64,000 nucleotides of DNA, from the NCBI RefSeq assembly GCF_020745735.1, contig NC_083409.1, positions 18,434,341-18,498,340 of the forward strand, given 5' to 3'. Shown here in pieces: positions 38,159 through 51,010 of the stretch. Origin of the DNA: Hemiscyllium ocellatum. Lineage: Eukaryota. The position numbers were made by a program, and so were the translations under genes. Position 1 is the first letter of the stretch; every line of letters begins with the position of its first letter. A model generated the notes under the pieces. That model worked only from the letters and a program-made list of their open reading frames with translations, did not search any database and was not told where the DNA came from.

Positions 38159-38193
38159 TCAGTCTGAGCTTGGTTCCTTTACCGAACGTAAGC
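38159..38193 (-). CDS. IGKJ: Ig kappa J segment (LTFGKGTKLRL)
   Basis: G CTT ACG TTC GGT AAA GGA ACC AAG CTC AGA CTG A|GTAAGT: FGXG motif, consensus phase-1 donor at 38158, preceded by the 23-RSS. Confidence 0.97.
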
Positions 38194-38232
38194 CACAGTG
38201 AGAGCTCCCAGTGTAGAGGCTGTACAAAAACC
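38194..38232 (+). other. J recombination signal sequence, 23-bp spacer
   Basis: Plus strand reads CACAGTG (38194-38200), 23-nt spacer, ACAAAAACC (38224-38232). It faces the V 12-RSS, so joining is deletional. Confidence 0.98.
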
Positions 38233-38640
38233 TCAGCTCTCTGCTTCCCTCTGTCACTCTCACCCTCTCCCTATTTCCCAGTCTGTCGGTCACTCTCACC
38301 CTCTTTTTGCCCCTATCAGTCTCTCCCTCATTCATGTGTCTTTCTGTCTCTGCCTCTGGGTTGTGAACTTTATTTTTTGTTGTTAAATCTTGCAGCTGTT
38401 CTTCACATGTGGCCATGCAGTGGAAGGGGGAAACTTGAGGCCTTCAGTGAGCGTTGAGACACCACAGGGACTGGAGTGTGTCGTGGGCAGTGACAATCCC
38501 AGCATGGGGTAATTTGATCAGTTTCATTTAGATCTAACTGTGGGATATGACAGTTCAGGCGGTGGGACTGTGTGTCCATTATTATGCATTTTATATAACC
38601 GTGGATGTGTCAGTACAGGAGGTGATTCTGTGTGCTTTGA

Positions 38641-38668
38641 GGTTTTTGTATGGCTCTGTGTCACTGTG
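38641..38668 (-). other. V recombination signal sequence, 12-bp spacer
   Basis: Minus strand reads CACAGTG (38668-38662), 12-nt spacer, ACAAAAACC (38649-38641). Both elements are consensus; V-12/J-23 is the kappa configuration. Confidence 0.98.
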
Positions 38669-38967
38669 TCGAGGGGAGCTGTAATCCTGCATACAGTAAT
38701 AGTCAGCGACATCCTCATTCTGAACGTTGCTGATTTTCAGGGTGAAACTGGTCCCTGATCCACTGCCGGTGAATCGATCGGAGACTCCTGTGAATCGATT
38801 TGTTGCAGCATAGATCAGGAGAGAGGGTTTCTGACCTTCTCGCTGCTGGTACCAGGAAAGCTCATTGCTAACAGATTGACTGGCCGTACAGGTGAGTGTT
38901 GCGGTCTGGCCCAGTCCCACTGACAGCACCGGGGGAGACTGAGTCATGATGATGTCCCCACTGATAC
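38669..38967 (-). CDS. IGKV: Ig kappa V exon (L2+V), open frame, unrearranged
   Basis: Acceptor ctgacccctcag|GT ATC AGT. Translation [98 protein letters not shown](R) has both conserved Cys, WYQQ and DYYC, no stops, and directly abuts an RSS. Confidence 0.97.
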
Positions 38968-39154
38968 CTGAGGGGTCAGAGAGAAACACAGTGAAGTCAG
39001 AACTGTCACAGAAAGAGCCTGTTCAAATGAGAGATTGTTGGAGACACTGAGCATTCCTCTGGTTTCAGCATTTTCCCTTCAATCACAAGTCAGTGGAATT
39101 GGAGTGAAATGGAGAGCAGCTAAAGATTCAAGGTGGAAAGAGAGAGATTTGTAC

Positions 39155-39203
39155 CTGCGACACAGAATGCCAGGGGCCAGATCAGCTGGATGTGTGAAAT
39201 CAT
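39155..39203 (-). CDS. IGKV: Ig kappa light chain leader exon (L1): MISHIQLIWPLAFCVA+G
   Basis: ATG at 39203, 49-nt hydrophobic exon ending at a phase-1 donor (GCAG|GTACAA). It splices across a 187-nt intron to the V exon acceptor, giving the leader MISHIQLIWPLAFCVAGISG before DIIMTQ. Confidence 0.93.
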
Positions 39204-39263
39204 GGTGTGTGCTCCTGTCCCTGTGCCTGGTTCCTGATAAACTCTCCCTTCACTGGGCTCTGC

Positions 39264-39358
39264 TTTATAAAGCTGCAGCCTGTGAGAGTCTGACTGGGTG
39301 TTCCTCAGTATGTAAATGGCATCAGGCAGAGAGAGCCACGTCAGCCCCTCACACTTCC
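39264..39358 (-). promoter_or_regulatory. V-kappa promoter: TATA, octamer variant, CRE-like and Ets motifs
   Basis: Minus strand TATAAA at 39264-39269; ATTTACAT at 39310-39317 (one mismatch from ATTTGCAT, sense orientation, about 107 bp before the ATG); TGACGT at 39338-39343; GGAAGTG at 39352-39358. Confidence 0.75.
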
Positions 39359-40319
39359 ACTTCTCTCTCTCTCTTTGTCTCAGAGAGTGATTGATGTGAA
39401 CAGCACTGAATGAGGCCATTTGTCCTATTGTATCTGTGCTGGTAAACAAAGATGTGATGACACTAATCCCATCCTCCAGCTCATGGCCCATTACCCTGGG
39501 GGCTATAGCAACACAAGGGAATATCTAAACACTGCTCCAATGTCACGAGAATTTGTGACTCAACCAGCCTTTTAGGCAGTGAGTTCCAGACTCCCACCAC
39601 CCTCTGGGTGAAAACATTTCTCCTCAATTCTCCTCTCACTCTGCAACTCAACTGGGCCTGGATTCACTCGAGTTTAGAAGGATGAGAGGGGATCTGATTG
39701 AAACACATAAAATTGTAACAGGGCTGGGCAGGGAGGAGGTTTCCCCTGGTTGGGGAGTCTGGAACCAGGGGACACAGGCTCAGGGGGATACAGGGTCGAC
39801 CATTTAGGACTGAGATGAGGAAACATTTCTTCACTCAGAGAATGGTCAACCTGATGAATTCTCTACCACAAACAGCTGTGGAGGACAAGGAACTGAATAT
39901 ATTCAAGAAAGGAGTTGTTTTGTGTTTTAACAGCATGAAGGAAATGGGGAGAAAGCAGCAGCACAGCATTGAGAGAGAGGATCAGCCATGATCATACTGA
40001 ATGACACACAAGACTCAAAGGGCCGAATGGCCTGCTCCTGCTCCAAGTTTCTATGCGTCCATGTCTGTGTTACCTTCAATCTCTGTCCCTGGTTATTGAG
40101 TCCTTTACTCTTGTATAAAGTACCTTCCTATGCAACATATCACTGCCTTATCTTATACCTCTCTATCAGGTCCCTCTCAACCTTCAATGCTCCAAGGAAA
40201 ACAGCCCCAACCTTTCCAATCTTTCCTCATAGCTGACCCTTCATCCCAGGCAGCATCCTGGGAAATCTCCTCTGCCCCCTCTCAAGTACAATCACATCCT
40301 TCCCAGAATGTGGTGATCA

Positions 40320-40680
40320 GGACCTTTCTCTCTCTCTCTCTCTTTTCCCCTTTCTGTCTCACATCTGCTACTTTGATCTCTCTACATCTATCTCTCTCTC
40401 CCACTGTTAATCTCTCTCATATTCCCTCTCTCTCACTCTGTCTCATAGCCACTCCCTCCAACTCACTCACGCTTCCTCACTCCGTCTCATAATCTTTCTC
40501 CATCTCTCACTGTCTTCGTCACTCGCTCCATCTCTCACTTCAATTGAAAGCCTCCAAATGTTATCTGCCCCTCTCTATTTCTCCCTCTGTTTCTCCCTCA
40601 TTCTCCGCAGCCCACTCGGCCTCTATTTCTCTCTCTCTGTCTCACTTCTCTCTCTTTCTCACAGTGTCCCAGGTGGTGAC
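40320..40680. repeat. Degenerate CT-rich polypyrimidine tract
   Basis: About 360 bp of almost only C/T with sparse A, about 1 kb upstream of the V promoter. Confidence 0.85.
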
Positions 40681-41144
40681 AGTTGAATTCAGGATATATC
40701 TCTCTCTGCTCTGCCCCACTAATGGATGTTAACCCTTGACCCCAGAAGCATGTCTTCTCCTGGAGTAAAGGCCCATTTCCACATTGACCAGGTTTTGGTA
40801 TCTCTCAGGAAGATGGACAGATTCTTGTTAAATGAAGGGCAGTTCTGTGCTGTTGGCCTATTCTCACTGGGGACTGGTTTGGACACAAACCTCATTCCAT
40901 GAAGGCCCAGCAGAGAGAGGAGATCCTCAGGCCATCAGTGTGAGCTGGAGGGACAGCACAGGCTCTGACCCACTAACCCATCCTGTCCATTCACAACATG
41001 TTCCAATCCCTTCCCCTCTCCTTCCCCTTCTACGATCAGTCTCTGAGTCAGTGTGTTTTACTGGGATGAGGGTTGGACCATCACACAGTTACAACAGAAA
41101 GGAACTGAACCCCACACCCACCATGGTGTCCACACTGCACTGGA

Positions 41145-42730
41145 CTCTCCAACAGAGTCCAGTAAACATGGACGTCAGTTCACGAGAGTGCCCCATAGAG
41201 AGACATGGGCCTCCTTCCCACTGAGCTCCCAATAGAGACCAGTAAACATGGGCATTGTTCCTGCTTGAGCCTCCAATAAATGTTGGCCTCCTTCGTAATG
41301 GACTCTCCAAAGGAAACCAGTAAACATGGACCTCCTTCTGACTGGATACTCCAAGAAGACCAGTAAATGTGGGCCTCCTATTCACTTGTCCTTCTAATGG
41401 TGACAAGTGGATAGTTGAGTTTTTGAAGAAATAGATAGCTTAAGATAGATCAGTACACATCGTCGACATGGACTTTAGCAAGGCCTTAGACAAGGTTCCC
41501 CATTGTAGACTGCTTAGTAAGATTATATCACAGAGGATCCAGGTAGAGTTAACCAATTGGATATAAAATGGGCCTGATGGTAGGAGGCAGAGGCTGGTGA
41601 GAGAGGGTTGATCTTGAGACTGGAGGCCAGTGACCAGCCATCTTCCACAAGAATCGATCCTGGATCCACTGTTGTTCATCATTTACATGAACAATTTGTA
41701 TGAGAAAATAGCAGGAATGTCAGTAAGTTTGTGGCTGACATTAAAATTGTTGGCATCGTGGACAGGTAAGAAGATTATCTAAGAATGCAATGTCATCTTC
41801 ATCAACTGGGCCAGTGGGTCAACAAATCCAGATGGAGCTTAATTTCGATAAATGCAAGGAGTTGCATTTTGGTAAGACCAACTAGGGCAGGAATTACACA
41901 ACTGATGGTAGAGCCATGGGGAGTGTTGTTGAACAGAGACACTGAGGGGTACAAGTGCATAGTTCCTTGAAAGTGGTGTCACAGGTAGAGAGGGTGGTGA
42001 AGAAGGCATTTGGCACGCTCACCTTCACTGGTCAAAGCAGGGAGTACAGGAGCTGGGACATCATGTTACAGCTGTACAAGGCATTGGTAAGGCCACATTT
42101 GGACACTGTGTACATTCCTGCTTACCCTGCTATAGGAAGGAAGTTATTACACTGGTTTGGATAAAAGAAAGATTAACAGGGATGTTACCAAGGTTGGTGA
42201 GTTTGAATTACAAGGCGAGGATGGATAGTCCGAGAGATTTTTCCAATGAATGCAGGAGATTGAGGGGTGACCTTAGACAGGTTTATAGAATCATTAGGGC
42301 CATAGATAAGGTGAATAGCCAAAGTTTTTTTTTCCCCCAGGGTAGGAGAGTCTAGTATGAGAAGGAATACTTTTAAGTTGAGATGGGAAAGAATTAGAAG
42401 GGGCCTGAGAGACAATCTTTTCACACAGAAGTTGGTGTGTATGTGCAATGAGCTGCCAGAGGAAATGGTAGAGGGGAGTACAATTACTAGATTTCAAAGA
42501 CATTTTTACAGGAACATGGATAGGAAGGATTTAGAGAGGATTGGGCCAAACGCATGCAGATGGGACTAGTTCAGTTTTGGAAACTTGGTCGGCATGGATG
42601 AGTTGAGCAGAAGGGCCTGTTGCCACGCTGTAAACCTCTATGACTCTATGATGATGTAAACATGGGGCACCTTCCCATAGGACCAATAAACAGTAAACAT
42701 GGGCCTCCTTCCCACCGGACTGTCCAGTAC
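41145..42730. repeat. Degenerate ~40-bp minisatellite split by a CR1 insertion (about 41400-42650)
   Basis: The motif ccagtaaacatgggcctcctt recurs near 41161, 41201, 41241, 41278, 41320 and 41362, and resumes near 42655 and 42692 after a plus-strand CR1 RT/3' fragment. Confidence 0.78.
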
Positions 42731-44199
42731 CTGAGCTGTAACCCCACATCCTGTCCATTACGTAGGTCTCTTATTTCAATCTGCACAACATTGTTTGTCT
42801 CTGCATTACCTCACTCTCTTGACCACAGAAACCCCAATTCCTGCTCATCCCACCTCCTGACTCTATGATTTCAATGTCCTCTCCCAGCTTCCTGAAGCCA
42901 CATTCCATAAACCCCAACTTGTCTGATATGGAGTGATCCCTTCCCTGTCTCACAACTACAGTTGTTCTAGAATCTGACCTCACTGCCAGCCAATTGCCTC
43001 CATAGCCTCCCTCCTCCCTCACTCTGTGTCCTGCTGTAGACTCACATTCCCTCCCTCCCCCTTCCACCTTCTGTCTCTGGTCTCCTGCCCATTGCTGCTT
43101 CCTCCATCCCACCATTGACAGCAGAGCCTTCAGACCCTGAGAGTACCCTCTCTACCTTCCTGCCCTTCATCCCTCCCTCTCTCGTTGTTTGTGATATTGA
43201 ATATACTGTTCAGTTCCAACACTTTTGGGTCGCTGTTCCCTTGCCATTGATTTGCTGCTTTATTCTAGTAAATCTAGACTGGTGTGTTCTCTGAGTTGGT
43301 TCAAGAGTGTTTTGCTTGAGAAAACATTTCTGTGAACTGGTTTGTCTGTTTCTCCCAGTCTTTGTGTAAAGGTGAGACTAAGTGTGTAAATGCTGTCATT
43401 TCATGGAGCAATCCAGTCAGTCCCACCCCCTCCCCTACTCGACACCCAGGGCCTTGCAGGTTTATTTCCATCAAGAGCCCATCCAATCTGCCATTGCCAT
43501 CACTGAGTGTCTTCACCTGCCTCACCTGAATGGGCACTAATTTCCAAGTCATTACCAATTGCTGCTAAAAAAAGTTCTTCCTGACATCCCATATCTCTTG
43601 CCCAACAAAATGCAAGGTAATCTCAATGTGAAGATGGGATTTTGTCTCCACACGGACTGTGCAGTTGTCACCCTTACTGATACTGTCATGGACAGATACA
43701 CCAGCAGCAGGCAGGTTGGTGAGGGTGATAGTGAGTATGATTTTCCCTCTTGTTGGTTCCCTCACCACTTGCCCCAGGTCCAGTCTAGCAGCTGAATCAG
43801 GTGGAACTTGACCAACTTGCTCAGTAGTGATGCTTCTGAGCAGCTCTTGATGGTGGGCTTTGAAGTCCCTTACTCAGAGTATATCCTGCATCCTTCCCAC
43901 CCTCAGTGCTCCCTCCAAGTGTTGGTCAACATGGAGGAGGACTGACTGCTCAGTTGAGGTTGGAGTGGAGGGCGGTGCTATGTGGTAATCAGCAGGAGGT
44001 TTCCTTCCCCATGTTTGACCTGCTGTCATGAGGCTTCATGGGTTCCATAGTTAATGGTGAGGACTCCCAGGGCAACTCCCTTCCGACTGTACACACCACT
44101 GTGTTGCCTCCCCTGCTTGGTCTATCCTGCCAGTTAAAAACTGAATGAGGGAACAATTCCATTCAGGTTTTACAGCTTGGAGACAGAGCTGCTGCTGGA

Positions 44200-44560
44200 T
44201 TCTGTTTCTGATCTCCGAGTGCAGGTGTATGTGTTTGTGAGAGAGTGACTGTCCTTTTTCCCATCACTGTGCTGTTTCTGAAAAGAAAAATCCCAGAACC
44301 AGCCTCCTGTGCTGTCAGGTTCTTGGGAGTGCAGACAGTTCACAGTTTTCTCCCGTCTCAGTAACAAACATCCAGCTGCTCCGAGCTCTTTATTTCACTT
44401 CCTCTTTTGGTGAAGTTTCAACCTTGCGATCTGACAGTCTTTGCAGTTATTTTTTACACTGGGGCTTTCTGCTGTGGTCAGAATCTCTAATAATAAGTGT
44501 CCAATCAGTGACAATCACAGCAGCTAAGAGCAGTCAGGACTGAGGAGCCAGGCTCACTGG
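44200..44560. promoter_or_regulatory. Candidate B-cell enhancer (EICE plus E-boxes)
   Basis: Minus strand AAAAGAGGAAGTGAAA at 44393-44408 (PU.1 consensus fused to an IRF half-site, GGAAnnGAAA). E-boxes CAGCTG at 44373-44378 and CAGGTG at 44222-44227. The segment looks non-repetitive and lies between TE fragments. Confidence 0.4.
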
Positions 44561-44739
44561 GAAACACATTGGGAAGATCAAAGCCATTCCCCTTCAGCTC
44601 CCAGTACAAACTCCATCCCTCTCCCTGAGCACTGCCTGCTGCTCAACCAGACTCTTTACAAACTTGGCCTCATCTTTGGGGCTGATCTGAGCACCATATC
44701 CTCCATCTCACAAAGATCAGCAACTGAAAATCTCTGTCA

Positions 44740-45000
44740 TGTGCATGGGACTCCAAACATGACCATACCAATGTTGCGCTTGCACACATCACAGCCACTG
44801 CCCTCCGTAACCTTCAGCTCATCCCAAATTCTGCTGCCCCATATCTAAACTCGTATCAAATCCCATTCCTCCAACCCCCTGCGCCCTGTGCCTACATTGG
44901 CTCCTGGTCCAGCAACACCTTGATTTTCAAATTCTCATCCTTGTTCTCAAGTCCCTCCCTGTCCTCCACTCTCCCTATCTCTGTAACCTCCTCCAAACTG
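44740..45000 (+). mobile_element. L2-type LINE 3' fragment
   Basis: Translates approximately as LQLIPNSAA...HWLLVQQHLDFQILILVLKSL, an L2 RT C-terminal signature. Confidence 0.6.
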
Positions 45001-45199
45001 CCTCACTCAGTGTGATCAACAATCTTGGATATATGGCTGTCTATTCCTTCATCCAAGTCATTTAGAAATATCGTGAAATGCTGAGGTTCCAGCCCAATTC
45101 CCTGGGGACACCACTATCCAGATTTTGCTCATTGGAGAGCACACACATTATCCCTCCTCTCTGTCTCCTACCTCCAAACTAATTTCTGACCAAAGATAA

Positions 45200-47540
45200 A
45201 TACTTTTCTCTAACTGGCGAGAATGGGAGAAAGCAGAGGGACATAGTGGAAGGATACTTGTCAGACTGGAGGCCTGAGTCTAGTGGAGTGCCTCAGGATT
45301 GATGCTGGGCCCATTATTGTTTGTTATCAATATCAATGATTTAGAAGACATTACAATAGCCGGTATTGTGGACAATGAGGAAGGTTATCAGATATTGTAA
45401 CAGGACCTTGATCAGCTGTGGAAGTGGGAAAAGAAATGATAAATTGAGTTTAATGTAGATAAGTATGAGGTCTTGCATTTTGGAAAGTTAAATCAAGGTA
45501 GGAGTTTCATGGTGAATGGTAAGGCCTTCAGGACTGTAGTGAAACAGTGGGATCTCAGAGTTCAGGTGCACAGTTCTCTGAAAGTTGAGTCACAGTTAGA
45601 CAGGGCAGTGAAGAAGGCTTTTGGCACACTGGCCGTCATCAGTCAGGGCACTGGGTGTAGAAGTTGGGAAGTTATGTTTCAATTGTACATGACGTTGGTG
45701 AGGCTGCACTTGGAGTATTGTGTTCAGTTTTGGTCACCTTGTTATATGAAGGATATTATTAAACTGGAAAGAGTGCAGAATAAATTTACAAGGATGTTGC
45801 CAGGTTTCAACATCTGAGTTTTTGGGAGAGTTTGGGCAAGCTAGGACATTTTTCTTAAGAATGTTGGAGACTAAAGGGGAATCTTTTAGAAGTGTATAAG
45901 ATCTTGAGAAACATGGATAGGGTGAATGCACTCAGTCTTTGTCCCAGGGTTGGGGAATCAAGGCCTAGAGGGCATCAGTTGAAGGTTAGAATAAACGGGA
46001 ACCTGAGGGGCATCATTTTTACACAGAAGGTGGTAGTCGTATGGAATGATTGAGGAGGGTACATGAACAACATTTAAAAGGTATTTGGACAAATACATAG
46101 ATAGTATGTAATTTGAAGGATATGGGCCAAGTGCAGGGAAATGGGGTTTGTGTGGATGGATATTTTGGTCAGCATGGTCTGGTTTGGGCCAAAGGGCCTG
46201 TATCTGTGCTGTAGGACTCGATGACTCTATGACTCTACAATTCCACATGTTTCCATGTTTATGAACAGTCTCTCAAACATAGAAACAGAGGAACTAGGAG
46301 CAGGAGGAGGCCATTCAGCCCTTCGAGTCAGCTCTGCCAGTCAATATGACCATGACTGATCATCCAACTTAGTCTCCTGTTCCCATTTTTTCTCCATAAC
46401 CTTTAATCCCTTTAGTCCTAAGATCTATACCTGTCGCTTTCTTGAAAACATTTAATGTTTTGAGCTCAACTGCTTTCTGTGACAGAATATTCCACCAGCT
46501 TCCCACTCTCTGGCTAAAGAACTGTTCCTTATCTCAGTCCGAAATGGCCTTTCCATTTTCTTTAAACTGTAATTCCTGGTTCTGGATTCTCCAGTCATCA
46601 TGAACATAATTCCTGTGTTTTCTGGTCTTGTCCTGTTAGGATTTTACAGGTTTCAATGTGATTCCTCTCAAATTTCTAAACTCCAGTGAATATAATCCTA
46701 ACTGATCCAGTTTCTCATCAGATCTAAGTGCTGTCCTCCCAGGAATCAGTCTGGTAAACCTTCGCTGCCCTCCCTCCACAACCAGAACATCCTTCCTCAG
46801 GTAAGGAGACCAAAACTGCACACAACAGAAACATAAAATCACACAGTATAGAAGAGGCCCTTCAGCCCATTAACTGTGTACTAGCCAAACTACAGTAAAC
46901 CTACACCAGTCCCACTTTCCAACATCAGGCCCATAGCTTGAATGTTCTGATATTTCAACTGCTCACCCAACTACTTTTTAAAGTTTGTGAGGTTTCCCAC
47001 GTCAACTACCCTCCCAGGATGTGCGTTCCAGACCCCCACCACCCTCTGGGTAAAAAACACTTTTCTCAAAACGTCTTGAAACCTCCTATCTTTGACATTG
47101 AATGTGAGCCAACTTGTTATTGACCCTCCCAAGAAGGAGAACAGCTGCTTTCTCTCCTCCCTGTCCAATCCCCTCATAACCTTATACACCTCTATCAGAT
47201 CCCCCCTCCACCTTCTCTGCTCTGAAGAAAACAACCCGAGCTAATCCAATTTCTCTTCATCACTGAGAGGTTCCATCCCACACAACATCCTGGTGATTCC
47301 CCTCTGCACCCCATCCAGTGCAATCACATCCTTCCTACAGTGTGGTGACCTGAACTGCACACAGTACTCCAGCTGTGGCCTCACCAATGTTCTGCTTAAC
47401 TGCCACATCTCCTCCTGCTTTTATAACCGATACCTGACATGACAAAGGCAAGTGTCCCCTATGCCTTCATAACTGCTCTGTTAACCTGTCTTGCCATATT
47501 CAGGGATCAGTGGAGAAGCACCCCAAGATCACGCTGTTCC
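45200..47540. mobile_element. Cluster of CR1 3' fragments (one plus, two minus)
   Basis: [12 protein letters not shown] (45473-45817 +); [13 protein letters not shown] (46636-46842 -); RGDLIEVYKVMRGLD (46971-47234 -). Confidence 0.85.
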
Positions 47541-47544
47541 TTTG

Positions 47545-50500
47545 AGCTTCCTCAGTTCAAAGACCAAAGAGCAATGAAAATTACAGCACAAGAACTGGCC
47601 CTTCGGCCCTACTAGACTGCACTGGTCCAAATCCTCCATCTAAACCTGTCATCAATTTCCCAATGGTCTGTCTCCCTTTGCTCCCTCCCCATCCATGTAT
47701 CTATCTAGATATATCTTAAATGATGCTATTGTACCTGCCTCTACCACCTCCACTGGCAACGTGTTCCAGGACCAATCACTCTCTGTGTGAAGAACTTTCC
47801 ATACATATCTCCTTAAATGTTTCCATTCTCACTTTGAACTCATGACCCAGAGTAATTGAGTCCCCCACTCTGGGAAAAAGGCTTCTTGCTATCCACCCTG
47901 TCTATATCTCTCATGATTTTGTAGACCCCAATCAGGTTCCCCCCGCAACGTTCGACTTTCTAATGAAAATAATCCTAATCTACTAAACCTCTCTTCATAG
48001 CTAGCACCCTCCATACCAGGCAATCCTGGTGAAACTCCTCTGCACCCTCTCCAAAGCATCCACATCTTTCTGGTAATGTGGCAACCAGAACTGTACGCAG
48101 TATTCCAAATGTGGCCAGGCCAAAATCTGATATAATTCTAATATGACCTTCCAACTCTTTTGCTGAATACCACGTCTGGTGAAGGAAGGTATGCCATATG
48201 CCTTCTTGAACACTCTGTCGACCTGTGTTGCCACCTCCAGGGTACAATGGACCTGAACACCCAGGTCTCTCTGGGCATCAATTTTCCCAGGGTGTTCCAT
48301 TCACCGTACAGTTTACTCCAGATTTGGATCTTCCAAATTTCTTCAGATCGCATTTGCCTGGTTTGAACTCCATCCGTCCGTTTCTCTGCCCAACTCTCCA
48401 ATCTGTCTATATTCTGCTACATTCTTTGACGGTCCCTTTCAATATCTGCTACTCCACCAATCTTAGAGTCATCTGCAAACTTGCTAATCAGTCCACCTAT
48501 ACCTTCCTCCAGATCATTTATGTATATCATAAACAAGAGCGGTACCAGCACAGATTCCTGTTCTCCATTTTGAGAAACTCCTTCCATTACTACCGTCTGT
48601 CTTCTGTTGCCCAGCCTGTTCTCTATCCATCTAGTGAGTACACTCTGGACCCTATGCGACTTAAATTTCTTTATCAGGCTGCCATGGGGAACTTTATCAA
48701 ACGCATTCCTGAAATCCATGTGTATGACATCCATAGCCCTCCCTCATCAATCAACTTCATCACTTCTTCAAAAAATTCTATAAAGATGGTAAGACATGAC
48801 ATTCCCTGCACAAATTCATGCTGCCTATAACTAATAAGTCAATTTTCTTCCAAATGTAAATAGATCTTATCCCTCAGTATCTTCTCCAGCAGGTTCCCTA
48901 CCACTACATCAGGCTCACTGGTTGATAGTTGCCTGGATTATCCTGGCTACCCTTCTTAAACATTAGCAATTCTCCAGTCCTCTGGGACCTCATCCATGTT
49001 CAAAGTTGCTACAAAGATATTGATTAAGGCCCCAGCTATTTCCTCTCTTGCTTCCCTCAGTAACCTGGGATCAATCCCATCCCGACCTGGGGACTTGTCC
49101 ACCTGGATGCCTTTTAAAATACCCAACACTTCCTCCCTCCTTAAACCTACTTGACCCTGAATAAACAAACATCTATCCCCAACTTCAACATCTGTCATTT
49201 CCCCCTCCTTGGTGAATACCGACGTAAAGCACTCATTAAGAATCTCATCAATTTTCTCTGACTCCACACATAACTTTCCTCCTTTTTCCTTGAGTGGGCC
49301 AACCCTTTCTCTAGTCACCCTCTTGCTCCTTATATATGAATAAAAGGATTTGGGATTTTCCTTAATCCTATTTGTTAATGATATTTTGTGACCCCTTTTA
49401 GCCCTTTTAATTCCTCACTTCAGATTGGTCCTACTTTCACGATATTCTTCCAAAGCTTTGCCTGTTTTCAGCTACCTCGACCATATGTATGCATCCTTTT
49501 TCCTCTTAGCTATGCTCACAATTTCATCTGTCATCCAGCGTTCCCTAATCCTGCCATTTCAATCCCTTATTTTCACAGGGACATGTCTGCCCTGACTCGA
49601 GTCAACCTCTCTTTAAAAGCCTCCCACATATCAAATATGGATTTCCCTTTAAACAGCTATTCCCAATCCACATTCCCCAGCTCCTGCCAAATTTTGCTAT
49701 AGTTGGCCTTCCCCCAGTTTAGCCATCTTCCTTTCGGAGCACTCTCGTCTTTGTCCATGAGTATTCTAAAACTTATGGAATTGTGGTCACTGTTACCAAA
49801 ATAATCCCCTAGTGAAATTTCAACCACCTGGCCGGGCTCATTCCCCAATACCTGGCCCCTTCCTGAGTTAGATTATTTCCACATTACTCTGTAAAATCCT
49901 CCTGGATGCTCCTTACAAATTCTGCTCCATCTTAACTTCTAACATTGAGTGAATCCCAGTCAATGTTGGGAAAATTAAAATCTTCCATCACCACCACCTT
50001 GTTACTCCTACATCTTTCCATAATCTGTTTACATATTTGTACCTCTATCCCACGTTCACTCTTAGAGCCTTGTAGGATAGCACCGACATTGTTACTGCAC
50101 CCTTCCTGTTTCTGAGCTCTGCCCATATTGCCCCACTGCTCGAGTCCTCCATAGTGCCCTCCTTCAGCACACCTGTGATAACCACTCTGACCAATAATGC
50201 AACTCCTCCATCCCTTTTACCTCCCTCTCAAACCCATCGGATACATCTGTATCCTGGGATATTTAGTTGCCAATCTTGCCCTTCCCTCAACCACGTCTCA
50301 GTAATAGCAATAACATCATACTCCCAGATACTAATCCAAGCCCAAAATTCCTCTGCCTTACCTACTACACTTCTCACATTAAAACAATACACCTCAGACC
50401 ATCTGTCCCTTTGCTTTCATCATCTGCCCCCGACCTACTCTTAACCTTAGTCACGCTAACTTCAATATCTAGTTCCTGACAGGCTTTAGTTACTCCCTCC

Positions 50501-51010
50501 TTATTGTCCACTAACTTCCTCATTTGGTTCCCATCCCTCTGCTACACTATTTTGAACGTGATCAAACATATCCCACAGGACACTGGTTTCAGTCCTGCCC
50601 AGGTGTAGACCACTCGATTTGTAATTGTCCCACCTCCCCAGGAACCAGTCCCAATGTCCCAAAAATCTGAACCCCTCCCTCCTGCACCATCTCTCAGGCC
50701 ACGCATTCATCCTGCCTATACTTTCATTTCGACTCTGACTAGCACATGGCACTGGGAGCAATCCTGAGATTACTACCTCTGAGATCCTACATTTTAATAT
50801 GGTTCCTAACTCCCTAAATTCTGCTTGTCGGAACCTCATCCCATTTATTACCAATATCATCGGTGCCTACATGAACAGTCACAGTTAGCTGTTTACCTCC
50901 CCCTTCAGAATGTCCTGCAGCCGATCTGAGACATCCCTGAGCCGTACAGCTGGGAGGCAACATGCTATTCGTGAGTCTTGTCTTTGACCACAGAACCGCC
51001 GATCTACTCC
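47545..51010 (-). mobile_element. Near full-length decayed CR1 (ORF1 esterase, endonuclease, RT, 3' end)
   Basis: VTVHVGTDDIG (ORF1), VVVMEDFNFPNIDW (EN), VDKSPGRDGIDPRLL, DVIHMDFRNAFDKV, SKFADDSK (RT). Confidence 0.88.

Noticed and set aside
38700-38710. Embedded heptamer for V-gene replacement at the 3' end of V
   Set aside because: The YYC region reads TACTGTA rather than TACTGTG.
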